From NCBI GenBank assembly GCA_032117235.1, contig JAULZW010000007.1:4091-68090 (forward strand): a stretch of 64,000 nucleotides of DNA. Reading direction: 5' to 3'. Below are positions 1 to 9,431 of the stretch, one piece after another; within the stretch, counting starts at the first letter, position 1; each line of letters starts with the position of its first letter. This DNA is from Minisyncoccota bacterium. GTDB lineage: Bacteria > Patescibacteriota > Minisyncoccia > SW-4-49-11. A program made the translations under genes and the position numbers. The notes below the pieces were generated by a model. It made no database searches and was not told the DNA's origin. It saw nothing but the letters and a program-made list of their open reading frames with translations.

Positions 1-1254
1 TGCGTCATTTCTAGTAGTGTCATTAGGGTTTAGAACTGTATCAGTAGTCCAATGATTAGAATCGTATCCAAAGGTAGTACCCTGCGTTGCTTTCATCATC
101 ATCATCCAACCTCCACCATCGTATATAGGATCTAGTATAGAGTAAACTTTTGTCGGACCTACTACAGGTAAATCAATCCAGTATACTCCATTACTAGTAA
201 ATCCTTTCTCTACTAAATACTTAGCACTTGGAGCCGCCTTTGCTGGTGAAGATCCATCTTTTACTACTATAGGAGGAGAGTCATCTATTGTAAAGCCTAA
301 TGATTCTAATGACATTCCATCAGTAGTTCCATTTCCTTGAACATAAAAATCTATTGTATTAACTCCCTTTATAAGATTGGATATAATTGTTTCAGCCCCT
401 AATGTATATGTATTATTAGTAGGGTTCCAAACACCATTATTAAGAACTCCATCATTTACCGTATATTTAGGGACCCATGAACCTTGAACCCCTCCACTAC
501 CACTATCATCTGCTGCCCATCTAAATTTTAACCTTAACTTATTTATTTGAGAATCTGGTATATTTGATAAATCTAACTTTTGACGGAATACAAATTGAGT
601 CCACTTAGCATCATTATTTCCAGTATTATTATTAGCAATCCACCCGTCTCTAGCAGTAACATTAGCTACCGAGTAAAATGTATTATTTCCGTTTAAAAAT
701 GAGCTTGCTGAAGTATTATTTGGCAAATCAATATTTGAAACATTAGAAGCTACCTCCCAATAATTTATATTTGTTTTTGTGGTTGAAGCAAATATTATAT
801 CATTAACGGGTAAAATACTGGACTGCATAGAAACAGTATCCTTCCCATCTGCTGAATTAGATTTTATAAATATAGTGACTAATCTATTAGGGGTTACATT
901 TTTAGCAAACAACACTTCTACAACATTAAATAAATTAGGGTCTGTTAAATCAGCATCATTTCGTAATATTTTTTTATTTGTCTGATCAAATTTATAAATA
1001 ATAAGAGCTCCATCTTGATTTATGAATTTTAAATTACTACTATCTACAACATAAACTATTGAAGCTGTCTTCAACTCTTTTTCCATCTTATTTATAACAA
1101 ATTGAAGATTATCTCTCATATTATCACTAGTCTGAGATTCTCTTTGATATTTAATAACACTAGCTACTGGTTGAGATATAACTAGCATAATAATAGACAA
1201 TATACCTACTACTACCATTAATTCAACTAAAGTAAATCCTTTTTTTGTTTTCAT
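1..1254 (-). CDS. Minor pilin (PilW/GspJ-like N-terminus) with C-terminal adhesin-like domains; runs off the window start
   Basis: Not in the ORF track. Hand translation from ATG at 1254 gives MKTKKG|FTLVELMVVVGI (class III signal peptide) and stays open to position 1. It contains WIANNNTG..WTQFVFRQKLDL..FRWAADDSG and GVYWIDLP..KVYSILDPIYDGGGWMMMMK. Confidence 0.85.
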   Translation of the reverse strand, partial: MKTKKGFTLVELMVVVGILSIIMLVISQPVASVIKYQRESQTSDNMRDNLQFVINKMEKELKTASIVYVVDSSNLKFINQDGALIIYKFDQTNKKILRNDADLTDPNLFNVVEVLFAKNVTPNRLVTIFIKSNSADGKDTVSMQSSILPVNDIIFASTTKTNINYWEVASNVSNIDLPNNTSASSFLNGNNTFYSVANVTARDGWIANNNTGNNDAKWTQFVFRQKLDLSNIPDSQINKLRLKFRWAADDSGSGGVQGSWVPKYTVNDGVLNNGVWNPTNNTYTLGAETIISNLIKGVNTIDFYVQGNGTTDGMSLESLGFTIDDSPPIVVKDGSSPAKAAPSAKYLVEKGFTSNGVYWIDLPVVGPTKVYSILDPIYDGGGWMMMMKATQGTTFGYDSNHWTTDTVLNPNDTTRNDA

Positions 1255-1259
1255 AAATT

Positions 1260-1772
1260 TCAATCTATTCTATATAATTCAATAGTAGCCTTATACACTC
1301 TCAAGGCTTCACCTCTAGGATTTCTAACCACTACTGTACTAGTAACTTTAGGTATTCCTCCAATGGTAGTAGAATTATCAACCTCAACAAATCTATAAAA
1401 TATTTTATTACTAGTATCTGCTGACATTTTATAGATAGAACCTGCAGTTGGCTCATCTAAGTCACAAGTACTCCCATTAATAATATCATTGACATTATCA
1501 TCTGTACATGTAGAAGTAGAAGTTAAACTTGCTGTAGTAGTATCTACTTGATATGTATTTATACCAGTAGGTAAAACAGTACCATTAGCATAAATTGTTC
1601 TCACTATTTCAAGCCCTTCCGATACTAAAAGATTAGCAGTATTGTCATGTTGTAAAAAAAATTTAGCTCTCATTATGTTTAATTGCAAATCTAACATTGC
1701 TATAAAAGAGGTAGTTAGAATTGTGATGGCAACTAATGATCCTACTAATGTAGCCCCTTTTCTAGTTTTCAT
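1260..1772 (-). CDS. Minor pilin (PilV-like position), lacks Glu5
   Basis: MKTRKG|ATLVGSLVAITIL prepilin-like N-terminus inside the pilin cluster. Confidence 0.7.
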   Translation of the reverse strand: MKTRKGATLVGSLVAITILTTSFIAMLDLQLNIMRAKFFLQHDNTANLLVSEGLEIVRTIYANGTVLPTGINTYQVDTTTASLTSTSTCTDDNVNDIINGSTCDLDEPTAGSIYKMSADTSNKIFYRFVEVDNSTTIGGIPKVTSTVVVRNPRGEALRVYKATIELYRID

Positions 1773-1777
1773 ACTAA

Positions 1778-2254
1778 TTATTTTACTTCAATTAAACCAG
1801 AGCTAGTGACTCTAATTGTTTTGGAAATACCTTTAGTCAATGTAATAGACTTTTCAGTAGTGGCTGCAAAAGGTACATCAAAGTTAAATGTAACATCAGC
1901 ATCTATATCGGCATAATTTAAAGTTTTGGTGGACAATGAATAATTAGACTCATTGCAAATAGTTGACGGGGGTGTACTGGAAGTATAAATTGGTTGTATT
2001 TCTTTAGTAGAACTAGTTATTCGCACTCCTATAGAACATAGCTGTTTTATACTATCAATACCTACCGTCTGACTTTTTGAGGGTGCCAAGGCTTCATTCT
2101 GGGCTTTTCTAATAGCTTGAACTACTTGAGAAACATCTTCGTCTAACATAGCTCTTTCTCTAGAAGAAAAAAAACCCTCTACGCTTATACTTGATATAAT
2201 ACCTACTATAGCTAGTGATACTAATATCTCTACTAATGAGAATCCTGTTTTCAT
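1778..2254 (-). CDS. Minor pilin, FimT/GspH-like
   Basis: MKTG|FSLVEILVSLAIVGII; C-terminal IRVTSSGLIEVK is typical of FimT/GspH. Confidence 0.8.
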   Translation of the reverse strand: MKTGFSLVEILVSLAIVGIISSISVEGFFSSRERAMLDEDVSQVVQAIRKAQNEALAPSKSQTVGIDSIKQLCSIGVRITSSTKEIQPIYTSSTPPSTICNESNYSLSTKTLNYADIDADVTFNFDVPFAATTEKSITLTKGISKTIRVTSSGLIEVK

Positions 2255-2256
2255 AT

Positions 2257-3078
2257 TTATATATTAGGCATAATTAAATAATACCATATATTTACATTTG
2301 AGACAAGTTTTATTTCGATTAATGTATATACTATAATAAATGTTAATATAATACTAGGTCCAAATGCAATTTTTTGCTTCAAAGAAGAGTTGTGATTGAT
2401 AATCATTATGATTATGCCCCAAATCATACCTATGAAAAATGAACCGAAAAAAAACGGCATAGCCCAAATTAATGGGATAAATAATCCAAGCCCCAAAAAT
2501 AACTCTATATCTCCCCAACCTATACCTTGCTTTTTGGTAATAACATATAAAAACCAAGTGATAAACATACAAATAATAGCTGTAATAAAAGAATCCGGCA
2601 TTATTCGTGTTTGATAATATTCCAAACCGAACCATATTAAACCTAGAGTTTGAATTGTACGAAGTTGTATGACAGGTATAAGCTGATACTTCAAGTCATA
2701 GACAAATACAATTACTAATTGAGTAATTAAAGTCAGAGTAATTAAAATCTTTGAGATTTGAATCCAACTCAAACTATATAAACTTAATATATCAGGAATA
2801 AATAGATATATATAAGCTGTAAATAACATAGCTGTTATTAACTCTACCAGAGGATATTGAATAGATAGTTTCTGATGACATTTTCTACATTTACCTTTTT
2901 GTATTAAGAAAGATATAATTGGGATAAGCTCACTCCAAGTTAAGATATGTTTGCAATGCATACATTCTGATCTACCATTCCAAAATTTTTTTTCAGTAGT
3001 CATCCGGAATAAGACAACATTCAAAAAACTACCAATCCCAAGTCCTAAGATAAAGATTATAATAAGAACATATAGCAT
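2257..3078 (-). CDS. pilD: Prepilin peptidase (A24)
   Basis: GSFLNVV, RSECMHC..GKCRKC, QYPLVE, VYDLKY, GWGD, IAFGP motifs. Confidence 0.95.
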   Translation of the reverse strand: MLYVLIIIFILGLGIGSFLNVVLFRMTTEKKFWNGRSECMHCKHILTWSELIPIISFLIQKGKCRKCHQKLSIQYPLVELITAMLFTAYIYLFIPDILSLYSLSWIQISKILITLTLITQLVIVFVYDLKYQLIPVIQLRTIQTLGLIWFGLEYYQTRIMPDSFITAIICMFITWFLYVITKKQGIGWGDIELFLGLGLFIPLIWAMPFFFGSFFIGMIWGIIIMIINHNSSLKQKIAFGPSIILTFIIVYTLIEIKLVSNVNIWYYLIMPNI

Positions 3079-3120
3079 AAATACTAAACTAAAATTTATA
3101 TTTAATTCCAGTGAATTTGA

Positions 3121-3152
3121 TAGATAAGAGAAAATTAATTCTCTCTTATCTA
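3121..3152 (-). terminator. Hairpin downstream of the major pilin gene
   Basis: Inverted repeat TAGATAAGAG...CTCTTATCTA 16 nt after the pilin stop. Confidence 0.7.
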
Positions 3153-3168
3153 CACAAAGTAACTTGAA

Positions 3169-3630
3169 TTATGGACAAGCTGTTAGTGACGAGTTAACTA
3201 TTGCCTCACCTGTAGCAAGAGTTATAAATCTTGTTGTTCCTGTACTATCTGCACAATACCAGTCAAGTTCATTAGTAGTGTTTCTAGTTCTAACTGCCAT
3301 AACCCAGAATCCAACACCACTATTACCTCTTATAGGAGTAGCTGCATCACCAGTACCCAGAGTTTCTCCATTAGTGGTAAGAGTAGTACGAAGTTGACCA
3401 ATTCTACCGGCAGTGGCAGATAGAGGGTTGAGATACTTATTAGTATTTAATGTATATCCGTCTAATTCCATAATGGATCTAAGAGAGGATAGAGCTGATT
3501 GCACAGAAGCTGCTCTACCACGACTTCTAGCACTATTTACATTTACTAATACTACTGAGGCTAAGATACCAATAATGGCAATTACCACAAGTAATTCAAT
3601 CAATGTAAATCCTTTTTGTAATTTTTTCAT
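3169..3630 (-). CDS. Type IV pilin, probable major pilin
   Basis: KG|FTLIELLVVIAIIGILASVVL; C-terminal WYCADSTG...C disulfide pair; own strong SD and terminator. Confidence 0.9.
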   Translation of the reverse strand: MKKLQKGFTLIELLVVIAIIGILASVVLVNVNSARSRGRAASVQSALSSLRSIMELDGYTLNTNKYLNPLSATAGRIGQLRTTLTTNGETLGTGDAATPIRGNSGVGFWVMAVRTRNTTNELDWYCADSTGTTRFITLATGEAIVNSSLTACP

Positions 3631-3637
3631 TTTTTCA

Positions 3638-3650
3638 CACCTCCTTTCTT
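3638..3650 (-). promoter_or_regulatory. Full-length Shine-Dalgarno AAGAAAGGAGGTG of the major pilin
   Basis: 7 nt upstream of ATG 3630; identical 13-mer at 26078-26090. Confidence 0.85.
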
Positions 3651-3689
3651 TATCATATATTTACATTTATTTAATATCTTGATTATATT

Positions 3690-4907
3690 TTAGAATGCTC
3701 CAGCGATATTGTAAATAGGCATTAAAACTGCTAATACAAATATACCGACCCCGACTCCAAGTCCTACTATCATCACTGGTTCTACTAAAACTGTTAGGTT
3801 AGCGACAAGATTATCCACTTCTTGTTTATAGAATCTAGTTAAAGTTTGTAAAACCAAAATAGTTTTTCCTGTTTTCTCTCCTACCGAGATAATCTGAGAG
3901 GCAATATATGGAAATTCCGGGTATTTCATCAAAGTATCAGACAATTGCCCACCACCTTTCACACTCTCAATAGCTTCTAGAATTATTTTTTCAAAAACAG
4001 AATTTCCTACTATTTTAGAGTTTATTTCTAAAGATTGCAGTAATGGAACTCCAGCTCTTAATAAATTACTTAAATTGGTAGCAAATCTAGCTATGTATAA
4101 TTTAGTAAATAATTGTCCAAATATGGGTAGTCTAAGTTGCCATTTATCTACAAATTTCTTACCAAATTCTGTTTTTGTAAAATATACTATACCTGCTACT
4201 ATACCTATAATTCCTATAAGAACTGGAAATATATGTTTTTGTAACAAATTTGAGCCTGAAATTAGAATTTGAGTCATCCATGGTAATTCCTGATCAGAAC
4301 CAGTACTTTCTAAAACCTCAACTAAGTCAGGTAAGACAAAATAGGCTATCCCTAAAGATAAAACTACAAAAATTAGCAGCACAAATACAGGGTAAGATAA
4401 TGCTCCTTTAATTTTATTATTCAAATCATATTGTTCTTCTAGATAATCAGCCATATACAGCAAAGATTCTTGCAACCCTCCAGAAGCTTCTCCCGATCTA
4501 ATTATAGATACGAATAAGTTATCAAATACTTTTGGATTTTTTGCCATAGCATCTGATAACAAAGTACCATCTTGTAATTCTAACACTAATTTATCTAAAA
4601 TTTGTTTGAAATATTTATTTCTATTATTTTGATCTCTTAATACACTTACTGCTTCTATCAAAGGAATTTGCACTTCTAAAAACACAGCTAGAATCCTAGT
4701 AAATACTACCAATTCTCTGGATGATACTTTGTTAAATATTTCTAAGTCTTTCCCAAACAAAGATTGTTTATTAATATCTTGTAGCGAGATTACAATCAAA
4801 TCTTTACTTTGTAGTGCAGTTAGGGCTGAGTCTTCGGTTGAAGCATCAACTACACCTTGTTTGAGTATATTATCTTTAGTTTTTGCTAAATATTTAAATT
4901 TTGCCAT
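3690..4907 (-). CDS. pilC: Type IV pilus platform protein (T2SS F family)
   Basis: GEASG, ALSYP, GEKTG and VEPVMI motifs; two GspF repeats. Confidence 0.95.
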   Translation of the reverse strand: MAKFKYLAKTKDNILKQGVVDASTEDSALTALQSKDLIVISLQDINKQSLFGKDLEIFNKVSSRELVVFTRILAVFLEVQIPLIEAVSVLRDQNNRNKYFKQILDKLVLELQDGTLLSDAMAKNPKVFDNLFVSIIRSGEASGGLQESLLYMADYLEEQYDLNNKIKGALSYPVFVLLIFVVLSLGIAYFVLPDLVEVLESTGSDQELPWMTQILISGSNLLQKHIFPVLIGIIGIVAGIVYFTKTEFGKKFVDKWQLRLPIFGQLFTKLYIARFATNLSNLLRAGVPLLQSLEINSKIVGNSVFEKIILEAIESVKGGGQLSDTLMKYPEFPYIASQIISVGEKTGKTILVLQTLTRFYKQEVDNLVANLTVLVEPVMIVGLGVGVGIFVLAVLMPIYNIAGAF

Positions 4908-4916
4908 AAATTTTTG

Positions 4917-5987
4917 TTATGTTGCTGATCTTTTGAGCATACTTCTTAAACTAACTGGGTCTGGAGAGTATAAAAGCGCAGTCTCATAAGAAACTATACC
5001 TCGTACAATTAAATCAAATAATGATACATTCATAGAAATCATCCCTTCTTTTCTATGAGTTTCAATAACTGTATCTAACTGGTAAATACGATTTTCGCGG
5101 ATTAAACTCTTTACAGCATTATTAACTAACAATATTTCTAGAGCTGGGGTTAATTCACCATTAACAGTAGGAATTAATCTTTGAGAAACAACTGCTTGCA
5201 GAGAATTAGCGATTTGAGACCTAACCTGTCCTTGCTGATAAGTTTGGAAAGTATCTATAATTCTATCTATAGATTGAGTTGCACTATTGGTATGAAGGGT
5301 TGAAAAAACTAAATGTCCAGTTTCAGCAGCCGTTACTGCCACCTTCATAGTATCTAAATCTCTCATTTCACCCAATAAAATAACATCAATATCTTGCCTA
5401 AATGAAGCCTCAAGAGCATTACTAAAACTTTTTGTATCATATCCTATTTCTCTTTGAGTAATAATACTTTTATCTGGTTTATATACAAACTCAATAGGAT
5501 CTTCTATAGTAACAATTTTTACATCTCTAGTATGATTAATTTCATTTATAACCGAAGCCAATGTTGTGGATTTACCAGATCCTGTAGGTCCAGTAACTAA
5601 CACAAATCCTTGCATTAATTGAGAAAATTGATGTATAACTGCAGGTAAACCTAATTGCTCAAAAGTAAGTATATCTGAGGGTAAATATCTCATTACTAAA
5701 TTCGGATATCCCTGAGCAATAAAAGCATTTACACGAAATCTAGAGGTAGGCTCATTGAATGTATATGCAAAATCTTGCTCTTGCCCACTATACAAATCGT
5801 CAATCTTATCTTGAGATAACATAGAGCTAAGCAATTCATTGATAGAATCCTTGGTTAAAATATCCTCCTCTATAGTTATTAATCTATTTTTAATTCTCAA
5901 TATTGGCTTACTACCTGTTGTCAAGTGAATATCAGAACCTTTAGCGTTAACAATTTGATTAATTATAGATGATAAATTGATTTGCAT
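4917..5987 (-). CDS. pilT: Type IV pilus retraction ATPase
   Basis: GPTGSGKST, TIEDPIE, LLGEMRD, GHLVFSTLH, AVKSLIRE (AIRNLIRE-like). Confidence 0.95.
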   Translation of the reverse strand: MQINLSSIINQIVNAKGSDIHLTTGSKPILRIKNRLITIEEDILTKDSINELLSSMLSQDKIDDLYSGQEQDFAYTFNEPTSRFRVNAFIAQGYPNLVMRYLPSDILTFEQLGLPAVIHQFSQLMQGFVLVTGPTGSGKSTTLASVINEINHTRDVKIVTIEDPIEFVYKPDKSIITQREIGYDTKSFSNALEASFRQDIDVILLGEMRDLDTMKVAVTAAETGHLVFSTLHTNSATQSIDRIIDTFQTYQQGQVRSQIANSLQAVVSQRLIPTVNGELTPALEILLVNNAVKSLIRENRIYQLDTVIETHRKEGMISMNVSLFDLIVRGIVSYETALLYSPDPVSLRSMLKRSAT

Positions 5988-6002
5988 ATATATATTTATA
6001 TT

Positions 6003-6377
6003 TTAATTTTGAGGTAAATACTTTTGTATAGTGCGCAAAACTTCAGTTGGAGTATAATTAGATTTGACCATATAGTCTAAGGCCCCTAACTCAAAAGCCT
6101 GATTAATATCAGCTTGTGAAGACAAATTACTAAGAACTATAACTGGGATATCTTTAAACTTATCTTCCTTCTTCAACCATTTTAATATATCAAATCCACT
6201 AATGTTAGGCAGGACTAAATCTAGCAATATCAAATTTATATTATTCTTATCCAAAATAAACTTTAATTCATCTTTATTAAGTGCAGTAAATACATTTGTG
6301 TTTATTTCTTCTATTTTATTAGAATACATCTGCTTAATAAAGGGATCGTCTTCTATTAGTAGTATGTTATATTTCAT
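6003..6377 (-). CDS. Stand-alone response regulator receiver domain
   Basis: IEDD, LLDLVLP (phosphoacceptor Asp), GALDYMVK. Confidence 0.9.
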   Translation of the reverse strand: MKYNILLIEDDPFIKQMYSNKIEEINTNVFTALNKDELKFILDKNNINLILLDLVLPNISGFDILKWLKKEDKFKDIPVIVLSNLSSQADINQAFELGALDYMVKSNYTPTEVLRTIQKYLPQN

Positions 6378-6434
6378 GATTTATATATTTATATACTGTA
6401 TTGTGTATATTATATTATAGTTTTTTAATCTTGT

Positions 6435-8150
6435 CTATACTTCTACCATTGTCAATAACTCTGTTAATGATAAATATCCCATTAACACTTTCAGTATTCC
6501 ATCTTGCTTTAAAGTAACATAGTTATTAGTCTTGAGATGATTTATTATATCGTCTACTCCAGTATTTTGTCCAATTATTTCTCTTAATTCTTCTGTCACA
6601 GATAAAACCTCAAAAATAGCCATTCTACCCTTAAATCCATTCGTGCATTTGGGACAGCCTACAGGTTTATAGCCCTTATCAAAATTACCTGAGTATACGC
6701 TTTGGATATATTCAGCATCGAGAGTATTTAGAGAATCTTTAATATATTTTTGTTCCTGTTCAGAAAAAGTGATTTCTTGTTTACACTCTGGGCAGAGTGT
6801 TCTAGATAGTCTCTGAGCTATTACAACTTGCAAAGAAGCTGATAATAAGAAAGGTTCTACTCCCATATCGGTCAATCTAGGGATAGCTCCTGGAGCATCA
6901 TTAGTATGCAATGTTGAGAACACAATATGTCCAGTCAAAGCTGATTGCACGGCTAATCCAGCTGTTTCACCGTCTCTAATTTCTCCCACCATAATAACAT
7001 CCGGATCTTGCCTCAAAATAGATCTCAATCCAGTGGCGAATGTATAGTTAATATCTGGCCTGACTTGCGACTGATTAATTCCAGCTAAATAATATTCTAT
7101 TGGGTCTTCTAAAGTTACTATATTGATATCTTCTGTATTAACCTGAGCTAATAAAGTATAAACTGTAGTTGATTTACCAGATCCAGTAGGACCAGTTAAT
7201 AATATCATACCAAATGGCTTATTAATGGCATCCCGAACTATTTCTGCTTTTGGACCTATGTATCCTAGTGATTCTAATGTCCTTACACCACCTGATGTGT
7301 CTAAAATTCTAAGTACTATTTTTTCCCCATAGTTTGTGGGGAAGGTGGAGACTCTAAAGTCTATTTTTTTATCTTGCTCTATGATGGAAAATCTACCGTC
7401 TTGAGGCTTTCTCTGTTCATCAATTTTTAAATTAGATAATATTTTGATACGGGCTACAATTGCAGGATATAAAACCTTTGGCAATACGAGGCTAGTATAT
7501 AGAACACCATCTACTCTAAATCTAACTCTAACGGAATCCTCTGAACCTTCAATATGTATATCTGATGCATCACCCGTTACAGCTGTTTTTACAATAACAG
7601 ATACTATTTTTATAATTGGAGCAGTTTCTAAGTTTTCTTTATTAACATCTGAAATATCAGGAAGCTCCTTAGTTTCCTCATTTTTTTCTTCAAATTCTTG
7701 AACATTATCTTTCACCGCATTAGTTAATGTATCAAAATCTTTTAATAGATTGGTAATATCATTTTCTGTTGCTACAAATAATTCAAATTTTAAATATTTT
7801 TCTTGAAAAATAAATTTTATAGCTTGAATTGCATTATAGCTATCTGGATCTGAAATAGCTACTGAAATTAAATTATTATCTTTAGCAAAAGGTACTAAAT
7901 TATATTTTCTCATTATAGTAATAGGTAGAATTTCGTACAATTCTTTATCAACTTCATATTCTGATAAGTCAATATAGCTTAATCCCCAAAACTCTGCATT
8001 TATTTTTAATAACTGTTTTTCAGTAAAATTACTAGAAAGAAATTGCTTAATATCATCTTCTGATAAAGAATCAAAATTTGCTATGTCCTTAAATTTTTCG
8101 GGAAATTCTATTTTTAGAGATTCAAATGTTTTTCTTAAATCAAATTGCAT
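6435..8150 (-). CDS. pilB: Type IV pilus assembly ATPase (GspE/PilB)
   Basis: ASDIHIE, GPTGSGKST, LRQDPDVIMVGEIRD, CPEC..GCPKC. Confidence 0.95.
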   Translation of the reverse strand: MQFDLRKTFESLKIEFPEKFKDIANFDSLSEDDIKQFLSSNFTEKQLLKINAEFWGLSYIDLSEYEVDKELYEILPITIMRKYNLVPFAKDNNLISVAISDPDSYNAIQAIKFIFQEKYLKFELFVATENDITNLLKDFDTLTNAVKDNVQEFEEKNEETKELPDISDVNKENLETAPIIKIVSVIVKTAVTGDASDIHIEGSEDSVRVRFRVDGVLYTSLVLPKVLYPAIVARIKILSNLKIDEQRKPQDGRFSIIEQDKKIDFRVSTFPTNYGEKIVLRILDTSGGVRTLESLGYIGPKAEIVRDAINKPFGMILLTGPTGSGKSTTVYTLLAQVNTEDINIVTLEDPIEYYLAGINQSQVRPDINYTFATGLRSILRQDPDVIMVGEIRDGETAGLAVQSALTGHIVFSTLHTNDAPGAIPRLTDMGVEPFLLSASLQVVIAQRLSRTLCPECKQEITFSEQEQKYIKDSLNTLDAEYIQSVYSGNFDKGYKPVGCPKCTNGFKGRMAIFEVLSVTEELREIIGQNTGVDDIINHLKTNNYVTLKQDGILKVLMGYLSLTELLTMVEV

Positions 8151-8161
8151 ATTTTGTGAAT

Positions 8162-8332
8162 TTATTTAAAGAAATTTTTGATTACAGTAATATTATCTTC
8201 TATTTCAACTTTTTTATTCATAGAATTTAAAATTGGATTTATAATACCATATCCAAAATATAACATAATAATTATGCTTAATATAATTGTTATTGTTGTT
8301 GTGTTTATATTATACTTAAGTTTATTTTTCAT
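8162..8332 (-). CDS. 56-aa single-pass membrane protein between pilO and pilB
   Basis: Hand translation MKNKLKYNINTTTITIILSIIIMLYFGYGIINPILNSMNKKVEIEDNITVIKNFFK. The ATG overlaps the upstream TGA (ATGA) and the ORF fills the intergenic gap. Confidence 0.65.
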   Translation of the reverse strand: MKNKLKYNINTTTITIILSIIIMLYFGYGIINPILNSMNKKVEIEDNITVIKNFFK

Positions 8333-8901
8333 AATGTTACATAATATGTTTTTACTCTTATTGAAGAGTTAGATTTTTGAGAAAAACCATCTACATCTAA
8401 GTTCGTGGTACCACTCACACTTTGAATATCAATATACTGTTTAGAATCAGCTAATTTAGATAGAAATGAATCTACGGAACTCTTATTACCACTAATAGCC
8501 ATATTGATGTCAATGATTTTTAATTTATTCGATTTTTCAGCACCTCCTAAAATTTCACTTGTATCTAAGTTTTCATCTTCGACATTGGATGTAGGAGCAG
8601 ATTTTTTTGTATCACCTAATTCAATACTTAAGCTAGATATGTTTACACCTGATTCTTGAGTAAAAGAATCTATTAAGTTAATTAGCTTATTCTTATCATA
8701 TTTATCTAGAACAAATTCATTACTAGATTTATACAATTTTTCTGGATTATTATCATTAAAAGCTTGTTTAAGTAGCAACTCTTTTTTCAATTTATCAATA
8801 CTTTCTAAGTCAGCAGACAGCATTGGTAGTAAATTTGAATTTACTAACCAAATTGCTATTAAAAAGATAATTATTGACAAAAGCTTAATTTGATTTGACA
8901 T
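8329..8901 (-). CDS. PilO-like pilus alignment protein
   Basis: N-terminal TM, coiled segment, ferredoxin-like C-terminal pattern; third gene of the pilM operon. Confidence 0.7.
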   Translation of the reverse strand: MSNQIKLLSIIIFLIAIWLVNSNLLPMLSADLESIDKLKKELLLKQAFNDNNPEKLYKSSNEFVLDKYDKNKLINLIDSFTQESGVNISSLSIELGDTKKSAPTSNVEDENLDTSEILGGAEKSNKLKIIDINMAISGNKSSVDSFLSKLADSKQYIDIQSVSGTTNLDVDGFSQKSNSSIRVKTYYVTL

Positions 8902-8902
8902 A

Positions 8903-9430
8903 TTATTTTAATTTTATTTGTACATTAAAAGAAACTTTACCACCATCATCAGAATTTAAGGTAGAGAAAGTTACATTACTTATTAAAGGCAAGGCTTTAA
9001 ATGAGTCAATTTGTTTAGTTGTACTCATAAAGGATGGTGTTGACATAGCCATACTTATTTCTTTATTAACTTTATCATATGAAAACTGAGAAACGACAGC
9101 TCCTGGGATATAAGCTGACTCTATAGATTTAATAGCCGCTATTGAATCATAAGAATTATTTATTAAATCAGCAATATTAAATAAACCTTGATCTAAGTCA
9201 GTAGTTATGTAATAACTACTATTGGCATTGTCTAATTTTTCTATATCTTGAGTTATTTTAGCTTTCTCCTGAACAACAAAAAACCAATAAACAAATCCTA
9301 CTATACCAATATATACCAAAAAGAAACCTCCTAGTATATATATTAAAGTATTATCTTTACTTTTAGAGTTTAATTCGTCTAATTGCTCAAGATTTCTTTG
9401 ATTTTTGGGAATGAATTTAATAGTATCCAT
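8903..9430 (-). CDS. PilN-like pilus alignment protein
   Basis: TM plus coiled coil, C-terminal VSFNVQIKLK; directly follows pilM. Confidence 0.7.
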   Translation of the reverse strand: MDTIKFIPKNQRNLEQLDELNSKSKDNTLIYILGGFFLVYIGIVGFVYWFFVVQEKAKITQDIEKLDNANSSYYITTDLDQGLFNIADLINNSYDSIAAIKSIESAYIPGAVVSQFSYDKVNKEISMAMSTPSFMSTTKQIDSFKALPLISNVTFSTLNSDDGGKVSFNVQIKLK

Positions 9431-9431
9431 A

